Source of the DNA: Roseibacillus sp.
Lineage (GTDB): Bacteria > Verrucomicrobiota > Verrucomicrobiia > Verrucomicrobiales > Akkermansiaceae
Direction of reading: 5' to 3'
Assembly (NCBI GenBank): GCA_051251855.1
Contig: JBPOGI010000001.1
Span: forward strand, 192,001-256,000
DNA length: 64,000 nucleotides
The notes under the pieces were generated by a model, which saw only the letters and a program-made list of their open reading frames with translations, had not been told where the DNA came from and searched no databases. Below are positions 28,682 through 38,596 of this stretch, in pieces (the stretch's first letter is position 1; every line of letters starts with the position of its first letter). A program made the position numbers and the translations under genes.

Positions 28682-29332
28682 CTAAAGTTGGCTGAAGACC
28701 TTCTCGATGGGGTATCTCACTTTGGCGAGTTCAGCGTATTTGTCCTCGGAAGAACGATAGCCAAGAGCGCAGCAGACGCTCGCTGTGAGATTCTTGGATG
28801 GGAGGTCGAGGATCTCATTATATTTCTCGGGAACAAAGCCTTCGATGGGGCAGGAGTCGACACCAAGGAGGGCGGCGGCATCCATGAGTCGTTGGAGGGC
28901 GAGGTAGGTCTGACGCTGGCTCCATTGCACTCGTTCGGCAGGAGTGAGCTGAGTGATGAAGTCTACGACGACGTCTTGGTAGCCTTGGAGGCTCTCTTTG
29001 GTGACGCCGCGTTGTTCGGCTGTGGAAGAGATGAATTCTTCAACGAAAGGGACTTCAATATCAGTGCGGGTGCAGAGGACGATATAGTGTGAGCAATCAG
29101 TGACCTGCTTCTGGCCCCATGTGTGCGGAAGAAGTTGTTCTTTGAGCTCAGCTGATTTAATGTGGATAAAGTGCCAAGGTTGAAGCCCGAATGAGGAAGG
29201 GCTGAGTTGCATGGACTCTTGGAGGGTGGTCCAAGTGTCTTCGGCGAGAGCGCGGCTGCTATCGAATGCTTTGGTGGCGTACCGCCCGTTGAAGGCGCTG
29301 AGGAGTTGATCGTTGGTGAGAGTGGGTGTCAT
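28682..29332 (-). CDS. Nitroreductase family NAD(P)H-dependent oxidoreductase
   Basis: RYATKAFD, SPSSFGLQPWHF, DSCPIEGF, KVR. Confidence 0.92.
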   Translation of the reverse strand: MTPTLTNDQLLSAFNGRYATKAFDSSRALAEDTWTTLQESMQLSPSSFGLQPWHFIHIKSAELKEQLLPHTWGQKQVTDCSHYIVLCTRTDIEVPFVEEFISSTAEQRGVTKESLQGYQDVVVDFITQLTPAERVQWSQRQTYLALQRLMDAAALLGVDSCPIEGFVPEKYNEILDLPSKNLTASVCCALGYRSSEDKYAELAKVRYPIEKVFSQL

Positions 29333-29338
29333 GTGAAT

Positions 29339-31810
29339 TTAGTTGTCGATGCTAAGTGGAAGAGAAAGTGATGGGAATTCGGTTAAAGTGAATCCAAAAA
29401 GGACGCCGTATTCCTTTTCGTCAGAGTTATCTCGACTGAATACGCCCATAGTGAAGGCCCACGAATCGAGGTTGCGGTGAAGGGAGTATTGTTGGAACTC
29501 GAGGGAGTTGTCCGCAAATTCCCAACGTTGGGTGGCTCCGATTCCCCACTCTTCATTGACGCGATGATAGGCTCGAAGTTGTAGGCGGTTGGAATCGTTG
29601 AGGATGGGGTGATCTTGCAGAAATCGGTGGCTGATAGCTAGTTCGGTATTGGCGCCGGGCATAAAGGTGAGGCCAGTCGCTACTTCGGTAAAGTTTGAGT
29701 CGGAGAAGAGGGGGACTTGAGTCTCGACGGTGAGATCGAGCCAAGGGAGTGGAGACCAGTGAAGGTCTGTGTAGAGATTGGAGACTGAGCGCCCGAATTC
29801 AGGGTCTTCTCCAAAGATGTCGATGTAGGTATCTAGGGAAAGCCACTGATGGCTGGAGTTGTCTCGCTTGGTGAGAAGTTGGTTGCGCACTCCTAAGCGC
29901 AAAATTTGCCAGTCGGTAAGATCGTCGGTGGCGGCGAAGCGCCCGGGTTGAAGAGCGCGAGGGCGAGTGGAGGCGGTGAGTCGCTCGATGGGGCGGAGCA
30001 TCGCATCCAAATCGTCAGTTTTGAGAATTGTAGCTGTGGCGTAGGGTTGCAGGACATGAAGGGCTGAGTTCAGCCCCCACTTTTCTGAGACCCATTCTGG
30101 ATAGCGTTTTGTAAACTTGAGCGAGGCATCGATGGAAGCGTGGAAATGATTGCGGCTGAATGAGTCGAGGGGGCCTTGCACGTCTTGATAGCTGGTGTGT
30201 CCTGCTCCGATTCGCGGGATGAGGTGGAGTCCTGAGTCGAGTTTGAGGGGGAGGGAAAGTTCTTGGTAGGTGTGAAAGCGAGCAAAGCCGGTATCCGCAA
30301 GAAGTCCTTGAATGGTCCGACGTCGGTCAGCAGTGGTGGTAGGGCTATCGAATTCGTCTCGGAGATTTTCTTCGGTAAAGTCGGCGAGTTCTTCTCGATA
30401 AAGGCCTATCGTACTATTGCTTTCGTGTAGAATAGGGGAGCCGAAAAGAGGACGCCGTATTTGGTCAAATGCGATCTCTGGAAAACGCTGATCGGATTGA
30501 TAAAAGTCATTGAGTCGGAAGCGGGTCCAAGCGGTGAGGAGATGGTTTTCTCGCCAGCTTTGGGTGAGGGAAAGAGTGTTGTCGGGGTGGAAGTCTGTCG
30601 TGAAGTCTTGGGTGCGAAAGTCCTCTAAAAAATATCGATCGGAAAGTAGAGTGGCATTGATGTCTACGTGGCCTTCCGCTCCAGGGAGCCAATCAGCTTT
30701 TGCTCGTTGGCGGGCCTGCAGTCGAAAGCGCTCGTTTTGGTCAAAGTTAAGCCGTGGTTCAGCGGAGCGCTTCTCGGAGGGATCGAAGTCATAGATGAAG
30801 TAGCCCGAGATCCAGCCAAGGTTGGGGTTCTCTTTTTGGGAGTATGAGTCTGCGTCCAAGCCCAAGCCGAGACCCCGACGAGTGTAGATATCGCCATGCC
30901 AAGTGAGCTCGTGGGTTGGCTCGGTGCGTATTCCGGTCTGAGGGTCAAGAATGCCGCCGTAGTCGTGGGTATACTGATTGAGTAGGTAGGGGCCCCAGTT
31001 AGAGCGCATACCTGGGGTGGGGCGGTAGTTGAGTTCACCATCAAACTTTTGCGAAAGTCCTGGTAGCCATAGGATTGGTCGGCCTCCGGCATAGAGTTTA
31101 AGGTTGCGAAAGCGAACGCGGTCGTCTGGGATAATCGTGATTTCTTCGGCCCGCAGCCAATAGTTGGGGTTGGCGACATCGTGGGTGGTGACTCCAGCGT
31201 TAGTTCCTTTGTAGTAGTTGCCTTTGTCGCTTTCGATGACTTTGAATTTTCCTGATTCTAAAAGGATAGGAGCGAAGGAGGTGCGGAGGTTGTTTGTCTC
31301 CATTCTACGGGATTTATAGTAGTAAGTGGCGGACTCTCCGCGGTGAAGGGCTGTCCCTTGATAAGCGGAGACATTGCCGCTAAAGGTGATGCTCTCGGTG
31401 GCTTCATTAATTTGGGCTTTGTCAGCGAAGATCTCGATACCGTTGGTGGAGCGGAGTTCAACATCGTTAAAGAAGGTGACGTTGGAGCCCGATTCTTCCC
31501 CGAACTCGACGCGAATTCTCTTCGAGCGAATGGTGTCGCCTACATCGGTTCTGACTTTGACGCCTCCTTTGCTGCTCACCACCATATTCCCGGTCTCTTC
31601 CGAGGTGGTAAGTGTGGGCTGATTGAGGGTGGAGGTGAATCCATCCGGCATGAAACCAGTGGGGGTGATTAAGCCGTCGGTAAGAGATGGGGAGTTCTCG
31701 ACAGGGGCTAGTGTGGGGGTTGTTTGAGAGGGGGGCTTGGTGTTGGTCTGCGCCGGCAGATACGAGCTACCTAGTAGTAGCAAGATAAGCAGGCGTTGAC
31801 CGATTCGCAT
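29339..31810 (-). CDS. lptD: LPS-assembly protein LptD
   Basis: Signal peptide, OstA-like N-terminal domain, long amphipathic beta-barrel, 823 aa. Confidence 0.8.
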   Translation of the reverse strand: MRIGQRLLILLLLGSSYLPAQTNTKPPSQTTPTLAPVENSPSLTDGLITPTGFMPDGFTSTLNQPTLTTSEETGNMVVSSKGGVKVRTDVGDTIRSKRIRVEFGEESGSNVTFFNDVELRSTNGIEIFADKAQINEATESITFSGNVSAYQGTALHRGESATYYYKSRRMETNNLRTSFAPILLESGKFKVIESDKGNYYKGTNAGVTTHDVANPNYWLRAEEITIIPDDRVRFRNLKLYAGGRPILWLPGLSQKFDGELNYRPTPGMRSNWGPYLLNQYTHDYGGILDPQTGIRTEPTHELTWHGDIYTRRGLGLGLDADSYSQKENPNLGWISGYFIYDFDPSEKRSAEPRLNFDQNERFRLQARQRAKADWLPGAEGHVDINATLLSDRYFLEDFRTQDFTTDFHPDNTLSLTQSWRENHLLTAWTRFRLNDFYQSDQRFPEIAFDQIRRPLFGSPILHESNSTIGLYREELADFTEENLRDEFDSPTTTADRRRTIQGLLADTGFARFHTYQELSLPLKLDSGLHLIPRIGAGHTSYQDVQGPLDSFSRNHFHASIDASLKFTKRYPEWVSEKWGLNSALHVLQPYATATILKTDDLDAMLRPIERLTASTRPRALQPGRFAATDDLTDWQILRLGVRNQLLTKRDNSSHQWLSLDTYIDIFGEDPEFGRSVSNLYTDLHWSPLPWLDLTVETQVPLFSDSNFTEVATGLTFMPGANTELAISHRFLQDHPILNDSNRLQLRAYHRVNEEWGIGATQRWEFADNSLEFQQYSLHRNLDSWAFTMGVFSRDNSDEKEYGVLFGFTLTEFPSLSLPLSIDN

Positions 31811-31870
31811 GGCGGGTAGCCTTCAATGTCTTGATGATAACGTAAAGCCCTCGATACGACTTGCGGGAGA

Positions 31871-31898
31871 TTGACAAAGTTAGCCGTTGTAAAATGAT
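31871..31898 (+). promoter_or_regulatory. Possible sigma70 promoter for the PEP-CTERM protease gene
   Basis: Consensus TTGACA (31871-31876), 16-bp spacer, AATGAT. Confidence 0.4.
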
Positions 31899-31937
31899 TA
31901 AGTGATATTAAGAAGTTGTCGGGAAGAAGTTTATTAA

Positions 31938-32997
31938 ATGAATTACAATCAACGTCTTAGCTTTACTCTTTTCTCGGTGTGCACTGCAGTATCAGCTGGT
32001 CTTTATCAGCAAGCCGGAGCCATCAACATTGTGGTCGATTATACCTTCGATACAGGGAACTTTTTCGACACAACGGCAAAGAGGGATGTCATGGAGGCGG
32101 CTGCAGCCCGCTTTAGTGCTATTATTAATAGTGAGTTAGCTCCTGTCTCGTCATCGGGAACCTCATCTGGAACTGGGGCTGGGTGGCGGGTTGGGTTTAG
32201 CCATCCTGGTACTGGAGCTGATTTTCAGTTGAGCACGGCTGCAGACGCAGGCTCAGATCCGTTAACGGGAGCTGGTGCTGCTGCTGCTGGAGGATACGGC
32301 TTTGCTGGTTTGAATGCGAACGAATGGATTCTTTTCGCAGGAGGGCGTAGCTTGGTGTCAGCAGGAGAGGGAGGAACGGGCACGGGAACCAATTTCACGA
32401 GTGTCTTCAACGATGTCAACGGTCCTATGAATCGCGGTTTTGATGACAATACACCTGCCAATTCTGTGGGTGATCTACCTCGTTGGGGGGGGCGCCATCA
32501 CTTTCGATACAGGGACGAATTGGCATTTTGGAGTCAATACATCTTCGGGTTCAGGCCAGGCTGATTTCTATACGGTGGCTATCCATGAGGTGGGGCATGC
32601 ATTGGGTCTCTCCGCAGATTGGAATCAGTGGCAGAATGATGGCGCTGGATCCTATGTTGGTCTTGGAGCGGTCGATGCCTACAATGCCGACAATGGGACG
32701 GCTCTGACTTCCTTAAATCTGGTCAGCTCCACGAATGATCACTTCGAAGACGGAATATACGATTCCAATATTTTTGAGCCTGGAAATCCGAACCTCGCCG
32801 GAACCGTTGGTTTGGGGGTGGGTCAGGATTTACTCTTGGAGCCCGTTGCCAACTTTACTTCTAGTCAGCTCAGGTTCGAATTGACGAACGTCGATGTGGC
32901 AGCCTTGGAGGATCTCGGTTGGAGTGTGATTCCAGAGCCTTCGATATTCGCTTTGGCTGGGCTTGGTCTAGCATTTGGTTTGAGGAGACGCCGGTAG
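31938..32997 (+). pseudogene. PEP-CTERM zinc metalloprotease-like gene, +1 frameshift in a G8 run (32485-32492)
   Basis: ORF 31938-32564 (signal peptide) and ORF 32440-32997 (HEVGHALG, VIPEPS..RRRR) join as WGGAITFD if one G is removed; the paralog reads WGGAITFD. Confidence 0.85.
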
Positions 32998-33046
32998 AGG
33001 TTTCGTTTCCGGCGGGAACGTTGATGCAAGAGAGATGGGAAGGGTG

Positions 33047-33070
33047 TTTGGTTTGAGAGAGCGCCGGTAG
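33047..33070 (+). repeat. Degenerate copy of the last 24 nt of the upstream PEP-CTERM gene
   Basis: tttggtttgagagagcgccggtag versus tttggtttgaggagacgccggtag (32974-32997), 20/24 identical. Confidence 0.65.
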
Positions 33071-33207
33071 GTGAGATGTTGCCCTACGCAAGTTGGAGCC
33101 ACTGAAGGGGTGGGGTGTGTTCATTTCTTTGGCTACCCTACAACATAGTAAAATCTACAATTTAGCTTGCTCAATCATTCTTGAATTCTAAGGTCCCTGA
33201 ATTACCT

Positions 33208-34209
33208 ATGTATTTGTTTTTTAGGCAGTTGTTTTGTGTTCTCGGAAGTGTGGCTGTTCTGCCGGCGCAAAGTGGCTTCCATGTCGCTGTTGATTTTTCT
33301 CAAGATACCAATGACTTTTTTGGGGCCGGCAACCCGAGTGGATTGACTGGAGGGAATCAGGCAAGAGCTTCTCTCAATGCGGCTGCAAATTTCTTTTCTA
33401 CTTATTTAGCTGATGACTTCGACGCTATTACTCCAGTGGGAACAAATTCGTGGGATGCGCGGATTAACAATCCATCGGGCAGCGGAGTTTTGTCGTTGGG
33501 GAACATTAGTGTGGCTGCCAATACGGTGGTTATTTATGCTGGAGGACAATCTTTAGGTGGAGACTCTTTGGGTCAGGGCGGATCGGGCTTTTTCTCAGTG
33601 ACTGGTTTCAGTAGTTGGTTCGATACTGTTTTTCGACGTGGAGAGATGGGGGCAACCAGAACTTCGGAAAATCCCACTCAGCCTTGGGAGAGCGTGGCGG
33701 CAGATGAGTCTGCTCCGTGGGGTGGGGCCATCACTTTTGACTCGGACGGGATGGCGGATACATTAGGCAATTATAATTGGCATTTTGATCATACGGCATC
33801 TCCTGCTACTGGCGAAATTGACTTCTTCTCGGTGGCTTTGCATGAAATGGCGCACTCTCTAGGTTTTGGAACGGCAGATTCGTGGGGGGCGCATGTCGTT
33901 GGTAAGGTTTTTGAACGGCAGTTTGATGGCGAAGCTGCGACAGCGGCAAATGGTGGGGTGAATCCTGATTTAGAGACGAATATCGAACCTTCTAGTCACT
34001 GGATAGAGGGGATTGAGAGCGAAGTTTTTCTCACCGATATCATACAAGAGGCGGGTTTGGACCCCGTGATTTTTGGTGGCACTCGGTCTTTGCTCACCGA
34101 TTTAGATATGGCTGGTTTTAGTGATATGGGATGGACCGTCATCCCTGAGCCTTCTCTGGTTGCCTTGCTTGGGGTTGGTTTGGCATTCAGTTTGAGAAGA
34201 CGCCGATAG
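33208..34209 (+). CDS. PEP-CTERM zinc metalloprotease-like protein
   Basis: Signal peptide, HEMAHSLGFG, distal SHW, VIPEPS-TM-RRRR tail. Confidence 0.88.
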   Translation: MYLFFRQLFCVLGSVAVLPAQSGFHVAVDFSQDTNDFFGAGNPSGLTGGNQARASLNAAANFFSTYLADDFDAITPVGTNSWDARINNPSGSGVLSLGNISVAANTVVIYAGGQSLGGDSLGQGGSGFFSVTGFSSWFDTVFRRGEMGATRTSENPTQPWESVAADESAPWGGAITFDSDGMADTLGNYNWHFDHTASPATGEIDFFSVALHEMAHSLGFGTADSWGAHVVGKVFERQFDGEAATAANGGVNPDLETNIEPSSHWIEGIESEVFLTDIIQEAGLDPVIFGGTRSLLTDLDMAGFSDMGWTVIPEPSLVALLGVGLAFSLRRRR

Positions 34210-34225
34210 TGGTCTAGTCTCTGGC

Positions 34226-35095
34226 GTGAATGTTGGAGTAGTTGGCGCAAGCGGTTTGGTTGGTGGGGCGGTTCTTGCCGCGCTGAAGGAAGCGGGGCAT
34301 TCTTGGGTGGGATTTAGTCGCCGTCCAGAGGGACGGGCTGGAGACTGGCGCTCGCTGTCTGATGGTTTTTTGGGTTTGGACGCGATCGTGAATGTGGCCG
34401 GAGACGCGATCGACAAGCGTTGGAACGAGGAGAATAAAAAGCGATTTCATCAGAGCCGAGTTGGAGTGACTTCGGAAATCGTGAATGCCTTGGCTGCGAT
34501 GTCGAAAGAGGAACGGCCGGAAGTGCTCTTGAATGCTTCAGCGGTCGGGTTCTATGGAGATCAGGGAGATTTGATTTTGACGGAGGATTCCCCTCAGGGG
34601 GAAGGCTATTTGTCGGAGCTTTGTGGGGAGTGGGAGGCAGCCGCGATAAAGGGGGAGGAGGCGGGAGTGCGCGTTGTTTTGGGACGGATCGGAGTCGTTC
34701 TTGGAAAAGAGGCTTTGGCTTGGAAACGTATGAAACCGATTTTTCTTCTTGGGGGCGGCGGGAAGTTAGGGGCGGGAGAGCAGTTTTGGCCGGTGGTTCA
34801 TTTGGATGATGTTGCGGGTGGGATTGTCCATGCGCTGGAGGAGAAGTCGATTCGAGGTCCGCTCAATTTGGTGGGGACAACTACCGTTAAGAATGCTGAG
34901 TTTACGAAGACCTTGGGCTCTGTTCTGAATCGTCCTGCCATTTTGCCAGTCCCTGCTTTTGCTCTTAAGATCGTTTTTGGCGGCTTTGCGCAGGCTCTTT
35001 TGGCAAGTCATCGGGTAAAAGCGGGTGTGCTGGAGGAGACCGGCTATCGATTCAAGCATCCGGATTTGCGGGGGCTTTTGGATGCGATTAAGTGA
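34226..35095 (+). CDS. TIGR01777 family NAD-dependent epimerase/oxidoreductase
   Basis: GASGLVG, SRVGVT, NASAVGFYG, CGEWE and DUF1731-like tail. Confidence 0.9.
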   Translation: MNVGVVGASGLVGGAVLAALKEAGHSWVGFSRRPEGRAGDWRSLSDGFLGLDAIVNVAGDAIDKRWNEENKKRFHQSRVGVTSEIVNALAAMSKEERPEVLLNASAVGFYGDQGDLILTEDSPQGEGYLSELCGEWEAAAIKGEEAGVRVVLGRIGVVLGKEALAWKRMKPIFLLGGGGKLGAGEQFWPVVHLDDVAGGIVHALEEKSIRGPLNLVGTTTVKNAEFTKTLGSVLNRPAILPVPAFALKIVFGGFAQALLASHRVKAGVLEETGYRFKHPDLRGLLDAIK

Positions 35096-35199
35096 GGAGT
35101 GAGGGCTGAGCTGATTCAGTTGTAGGTGCAGCTTGGGATTCGAGGCAAATGGCTGGGAGTAGGCTTGGCAAACCCTGTTTCCCCATTAGCCTCCGCTTG

Positions 35200-35586
35200 G
35201 TGGAAGGAGAATGGCAGCAATTAGAGGGACTCTCGGTCGAGGTGAGTGAGGTGCTTTACGTGCCTACCTTGGAGGCTCCTGAGGATAAGCCTCATCCTTT
35301 TGTCTACTTTGTGAACGTTATTAACGACTCTACGGAGCAAGTCACTTTGCACGGTCGCAAGTGGATGATTCGAGAGCACAGTGGGGAGATGACCGTTCTC
35401 GAGGGAGATGGCATTGTGGGGCAACGGCCAGAAATCGCACCAAAGGATCGCTATTCCTACAACAGCTATCATGTTCTTGCTGGCAGTGGGGCTGCTTGGG
35501 GGGCTTTTTATGGTGTTACCGAGTCAGGTACCAGGGTGATGGTTGCTATCCCTGAGTTTGGGATGGCTGTGCCAGGATGGGTTTAA
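35200..35586 (+). CDS. apaG: ApaG domain protein
   Basis: FVYFV, RKWMI, EGDGIVGQRP, YSYNS; GTG start inferred. Confidence 0.8.
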   Translation: MEGEWQQLEGLSVEVSEVLYVPTLEAPEDKPHPFVYFVNVINDSTEQVTLHGRKWMIREHSGEMTVLEGDGIVGQRPEIAPKDRYSYNSYHVLAGSGAAWGAFYGVTESGTRVMVAIPEFGMAVPGWV

Positions 35587-35626
35587 GGGCGAGGGCGGGC
35601 GAGTAGCGCTTTCGACAGTTGCGACC

Positions 35627-37705
35627 TTACTCTGCCTCTAAGAGTTTTTCAGCAAGCTTGGCGACGGTTTCGAGTTCGAGGATGAAGTAGTGGGGATCCC
35701 CTTCGATTTGACCGTAGTAGAATGGGTTCGAACCTTGGCGGCTGGCCCCGGCGAGGCGGAGAGTTTGGGTTTCGATAGGAGCGCTCTCGTTGTCAGGTCG
35801 CTGGAAGAGAGCGGTCAGCTTGAAGATGGGACTTTGCAGCGCCTGCTGGGCGGGAGGGTTGTCGGGGCCGAGCCAACGGTCAGCTGAGAGAGCTTCGAGA
35901 TTCTCTAGGTATCGGTTGGCGCGGTTCTCATTGAGGAGGGCAGTCACGTCAGCGTTGCCTTGGCGAGCAGACCAGGTTTGAGCAAGGTCGCTGTAGTCGA
36001 GCGTGAGGGGAGGTTCGTTGCCACGTTCGATGAGAAGAAGGTTGAGATCGACGATGTTAAAGTTCCAGACACGAGCATCACGCCAGAGATAGGGGCGAGC
36101 CGCGATCCGATAGTAGACGGCCGAATCGATCTGCATGACGGTGCGGGATTCGTTGCGACGGAAGAAAAATTGAGGCACTCCTTCGGAGCTAATTTTCTCA
36201 CCAAAGAAGATGTTTTCTTGGGTCCCGTCAAAGAGCTCTAAGGTGAGGGTGAGCGCGGGAGAGTCGAGTCCATACTGAGAGAGCGAATCGACAGCATCGG
36301 AGACCGTCGCGGTTGCTTTCTCTTCGGTTAGGATTTTCTTTACGGTGAAGAAGGTGAGCTCATTCGCGGGGCTGGTTTTGCCGGCATAGGTTCTTTGAAT
36401 ACGCCAATCGCCCGAGATGGGGCTTTTCCCAATTTCAATGTCCAGAGGGGTGTCCAAGTCAGGGGATTGAATTTGGAGCTTTTTTAATTGGCGAAGATCG
36501 AGTCCGGACAGGCTAGCTCCGCGCAGGCGCTCGATGGTGAGGGGGAGTTCATCCAAGCCCACGACCCGATTGGTCGCTGTCTTGATGGCGGTGTTTTCAG
36601 TTTCGTCGAGAGCGCCATCGTTGTTCTTGTCGAAGCGGGCGAGGAGGGCTGCCTGGGTTTCCTCGGGGTTGAGTGTTCCGTCCTTATCTGAATCAAAGCT
36701 CTTTAAGGATTCGACTTTGAAGGCGCTGAGGGAGCTTCGGGGAATCTGGAAGGCAATGTTCTTACGCCAATCGTCGAGTCGGCCCAAATAGGCATTGGTC
36801 TCGTTCTTTTGTGATTCGGTCAGTGAGAGGGTGATGGGCGTTTCTTGGATCATTCCATCAAGCCCGAAAAAACGAAGGGCTAATTGGAGTGCAGGCTCGC
36901 TGGCGGGAGGGGCAGGTTTGTTGTCGGCCTTCAAAGCCGTCAAATTGTAGAGGCCTCCGATGAGTTCTGCTGCCGCTACAGGATCGGCATCAAGCTTGAA
37001 GGGTTTCTCGATACGCCAAGTAGCCGCCGGAGTCTCGCGGGCGAGAACCAAGTTGCCATTGGGGCGCATAATGCTGATTTCGGCCAGTAATTCAGGAGGG
37101 AAAAAGAAGGGGCGTAAGTCACGGTGCTCCCCAAAGCCATTGAGGAGGATATCTTCCAAGTAGGGTGAGGAGCAGAGGTAGATGTGCTTACTGTCGCGAA
37201 GGCGGAGGTAAACCGAGGGCCAGTCTTGAGCCTTGCTGTAAGGATCAGGGGCGGGGGTGTGGCGGTGCCAAGCTCCTTTTTTACCCACAGAAAAATCGGC
37301 GATGGATTTTCCGGAACCATCCTTAAATTGCAGATGGGCGCGTGCAGGAGAGAGGCCTACTGCTTTGAGATTCTGGTCGGTGGCGGGAAGGCTTTCGAGA
37401 ATGGTCAGATCAGCGGAGAAAGCGAGGAGGGCTTCGAGGACTCGGTAGTCTGCTCGGTCAGGTGTAGTTTCCTGATTGAGGAGCCATTGCCCTTGTCGTT
37501 CTTCGTAGCGTTGGGGTTTCCCTAGGGAATCGATTGCGATCTTGCGGACTTCGCTGGGATGAAAGTTGAAAAGGCGTTGACCCGACGAAGTGGGAGGTTC
37601 TCCAAAGAGTGCGGAAAGGTTCTTCTGTGTGAGATGCAAGAAAGCCATTGCACCGGTGGTCAGAGCCAGTACTGCGAGGGCAATGGAGAAAAGTTTGGAC
37701 CGCAT
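35627..37705 (-). CDS. DUF4340-like repeat protein with an inserted EF-hand pair
   Basis: N-terminal TM, LKAVGLSPA / LSQYGLDSPA repeats, DSDKDGTLNPEE and DKNNDGALDETE loops. Confidence 0.7.
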   Translation of the reverse strand: MRSKLFSIALAVLALTTGAMAFLHLTQKNLSALFGEPPTSSGQRLFNFHPSEVRKIAIDSLGKPQRYEERQGQWLLNQETTPDRADYRVLEALLAFSADLTILESLPATDQNLKAVGLSPARAHLQFKDGSGKSIADFSVGKKGAWHRHTPAPDPYSKAQDWPSVYLRLRDSKHIYLCSSPYLEDILLNGFGEHRDLRPFFFPPELLAEISIMRPNGNLVLARETPAATWRIEKPFKLDADPVAAAELIGGLYNLTALKADNKPAPPASEPALQLALRFFGLDGMIQETPITLSLTESQKNETNAYLGRLDDWRKNIAFQIPRSSLSAFKVESLKSFDSDKDGTLNPEETQAALLARFDKNNDGALDETENTAIKTATNRVVGLDELPLTIERLRGASLSGLDLRQLKKLQIQSPDLDTPLDIEIGKSPISGDWRIQRTYAGKTSPANELTFFTVKKILTEEKATATVSDAVDSLSQYGLDSPALTLTLELFDGTQENIFFGEKISSEGVPQFFFRRNESRTVMQIDSAVYYRIAARPYLWRDARVWNFNIVDLNLLLIERGNEPPLTLDYSDLAQTWSARQGNADVTALLNENRANRYLENLEALSADRWLGPDNPPAQQALQSPIFKLTALFQRPDNESAPIETQTLRLAGASRQGSNPFYYGQIEGDPHYFILELETVAKLAEKLLEAE

Positions 37706-37767
37706 CTGACGGGGAGGTTGCTCCCTCCGCATGGGCGGAGCAACCGGATTTTCACAAGGAAGAGAAA

Positions 37768-38373
37768 TTAGTCGGCCAGCTTGATAACCAAAGTGCGATT
37801 AGCGACAGAGATATCTTCCACGCCAGCCAGAGAGGAACCATTTGGCGAGATGAGGTTGCCAAGGAGGTTTTGACCTTTCATTTCACCGATCCAAGCATTG
37901 GGGAGAGAAATGCCCCAAACGGTCAGATCCTCCAGAATGAGAGCTGGTGACCCCGCTTGGTCTTTTACGATAAAGCGGGCCTTACCTTTGAGTTTTTTCC
38001 CAGCCATGAAAGGGAAGTCCTCTGGGATATCAGCACTGATACGGGCGTGAACCGCATCTTTGGCAAGCTCCAGCTTGATTTTGTCGCCGAAAGAAGTGTT
38101 TTCGTGGATGAGTCCATTGAGTTCGCGCTCGGTGAGGACGATTTCTTTTTCTCCTGGAACGTACTCTGGGTCGGTCGGGGTTTGTTCGACTGCGGCGAGC
38201 TTTTGCTCAAGTTGAGACTTTTCGGGTTGGGTGAGGATCGTTGCCTGAATGGGACGATTGGCCCACCAAAGGGCTGCACCCGCAATCACCGCACCTAAGC
38301 CGAGGATGGCAAGGATGATGAGAGGGACGCGCAAACGGCGGGCGCGGGGAAGGGTATTTGAGGAATGGGTCAT
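37768..38373 (-). CDS. Hypothetical membrane-anchored protein
   Basis: 201-aa ORF with an N-terminal TM helix. Confidence 0.75.
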   Translation of the reverse strand: MTHSSNTLPRARRLRVPLIILAILGLGAVIAGAALWWANRPIQATILTQPEKSQLEQKLAAVEQTPTDPEYVPGEKEIVLTERELNGLIHENTSFGDKIKLELAKDAVHARISADIPEDFPFMAGKKLKGKARFIVKDQAGSPALILEDLTVWGISLPNAWIGEMKGQNLLGNLISPNGSSLAGVEDISVANRTLVIKLAD

Positions 38374-38596
38374 GATGATGTTCTATTTAAGTTACTCCTA
38401 TAGCGGCGGCAAGAGAGGGTTTATTCGGAGAATGGATGAGAAAGAAGGACATCTTTTATAATCGTGGATGGTAGGATTGGGGAAGAATGCCGAAAAATCT
38501 GCCCTGTGTATTTGACAGGGCGGTCGTTATTTTAGTTAACTTTGTAGACGATATTGAGCGTAGGGCCCTTTAAGCCCGAAAATCACACATCAAACT

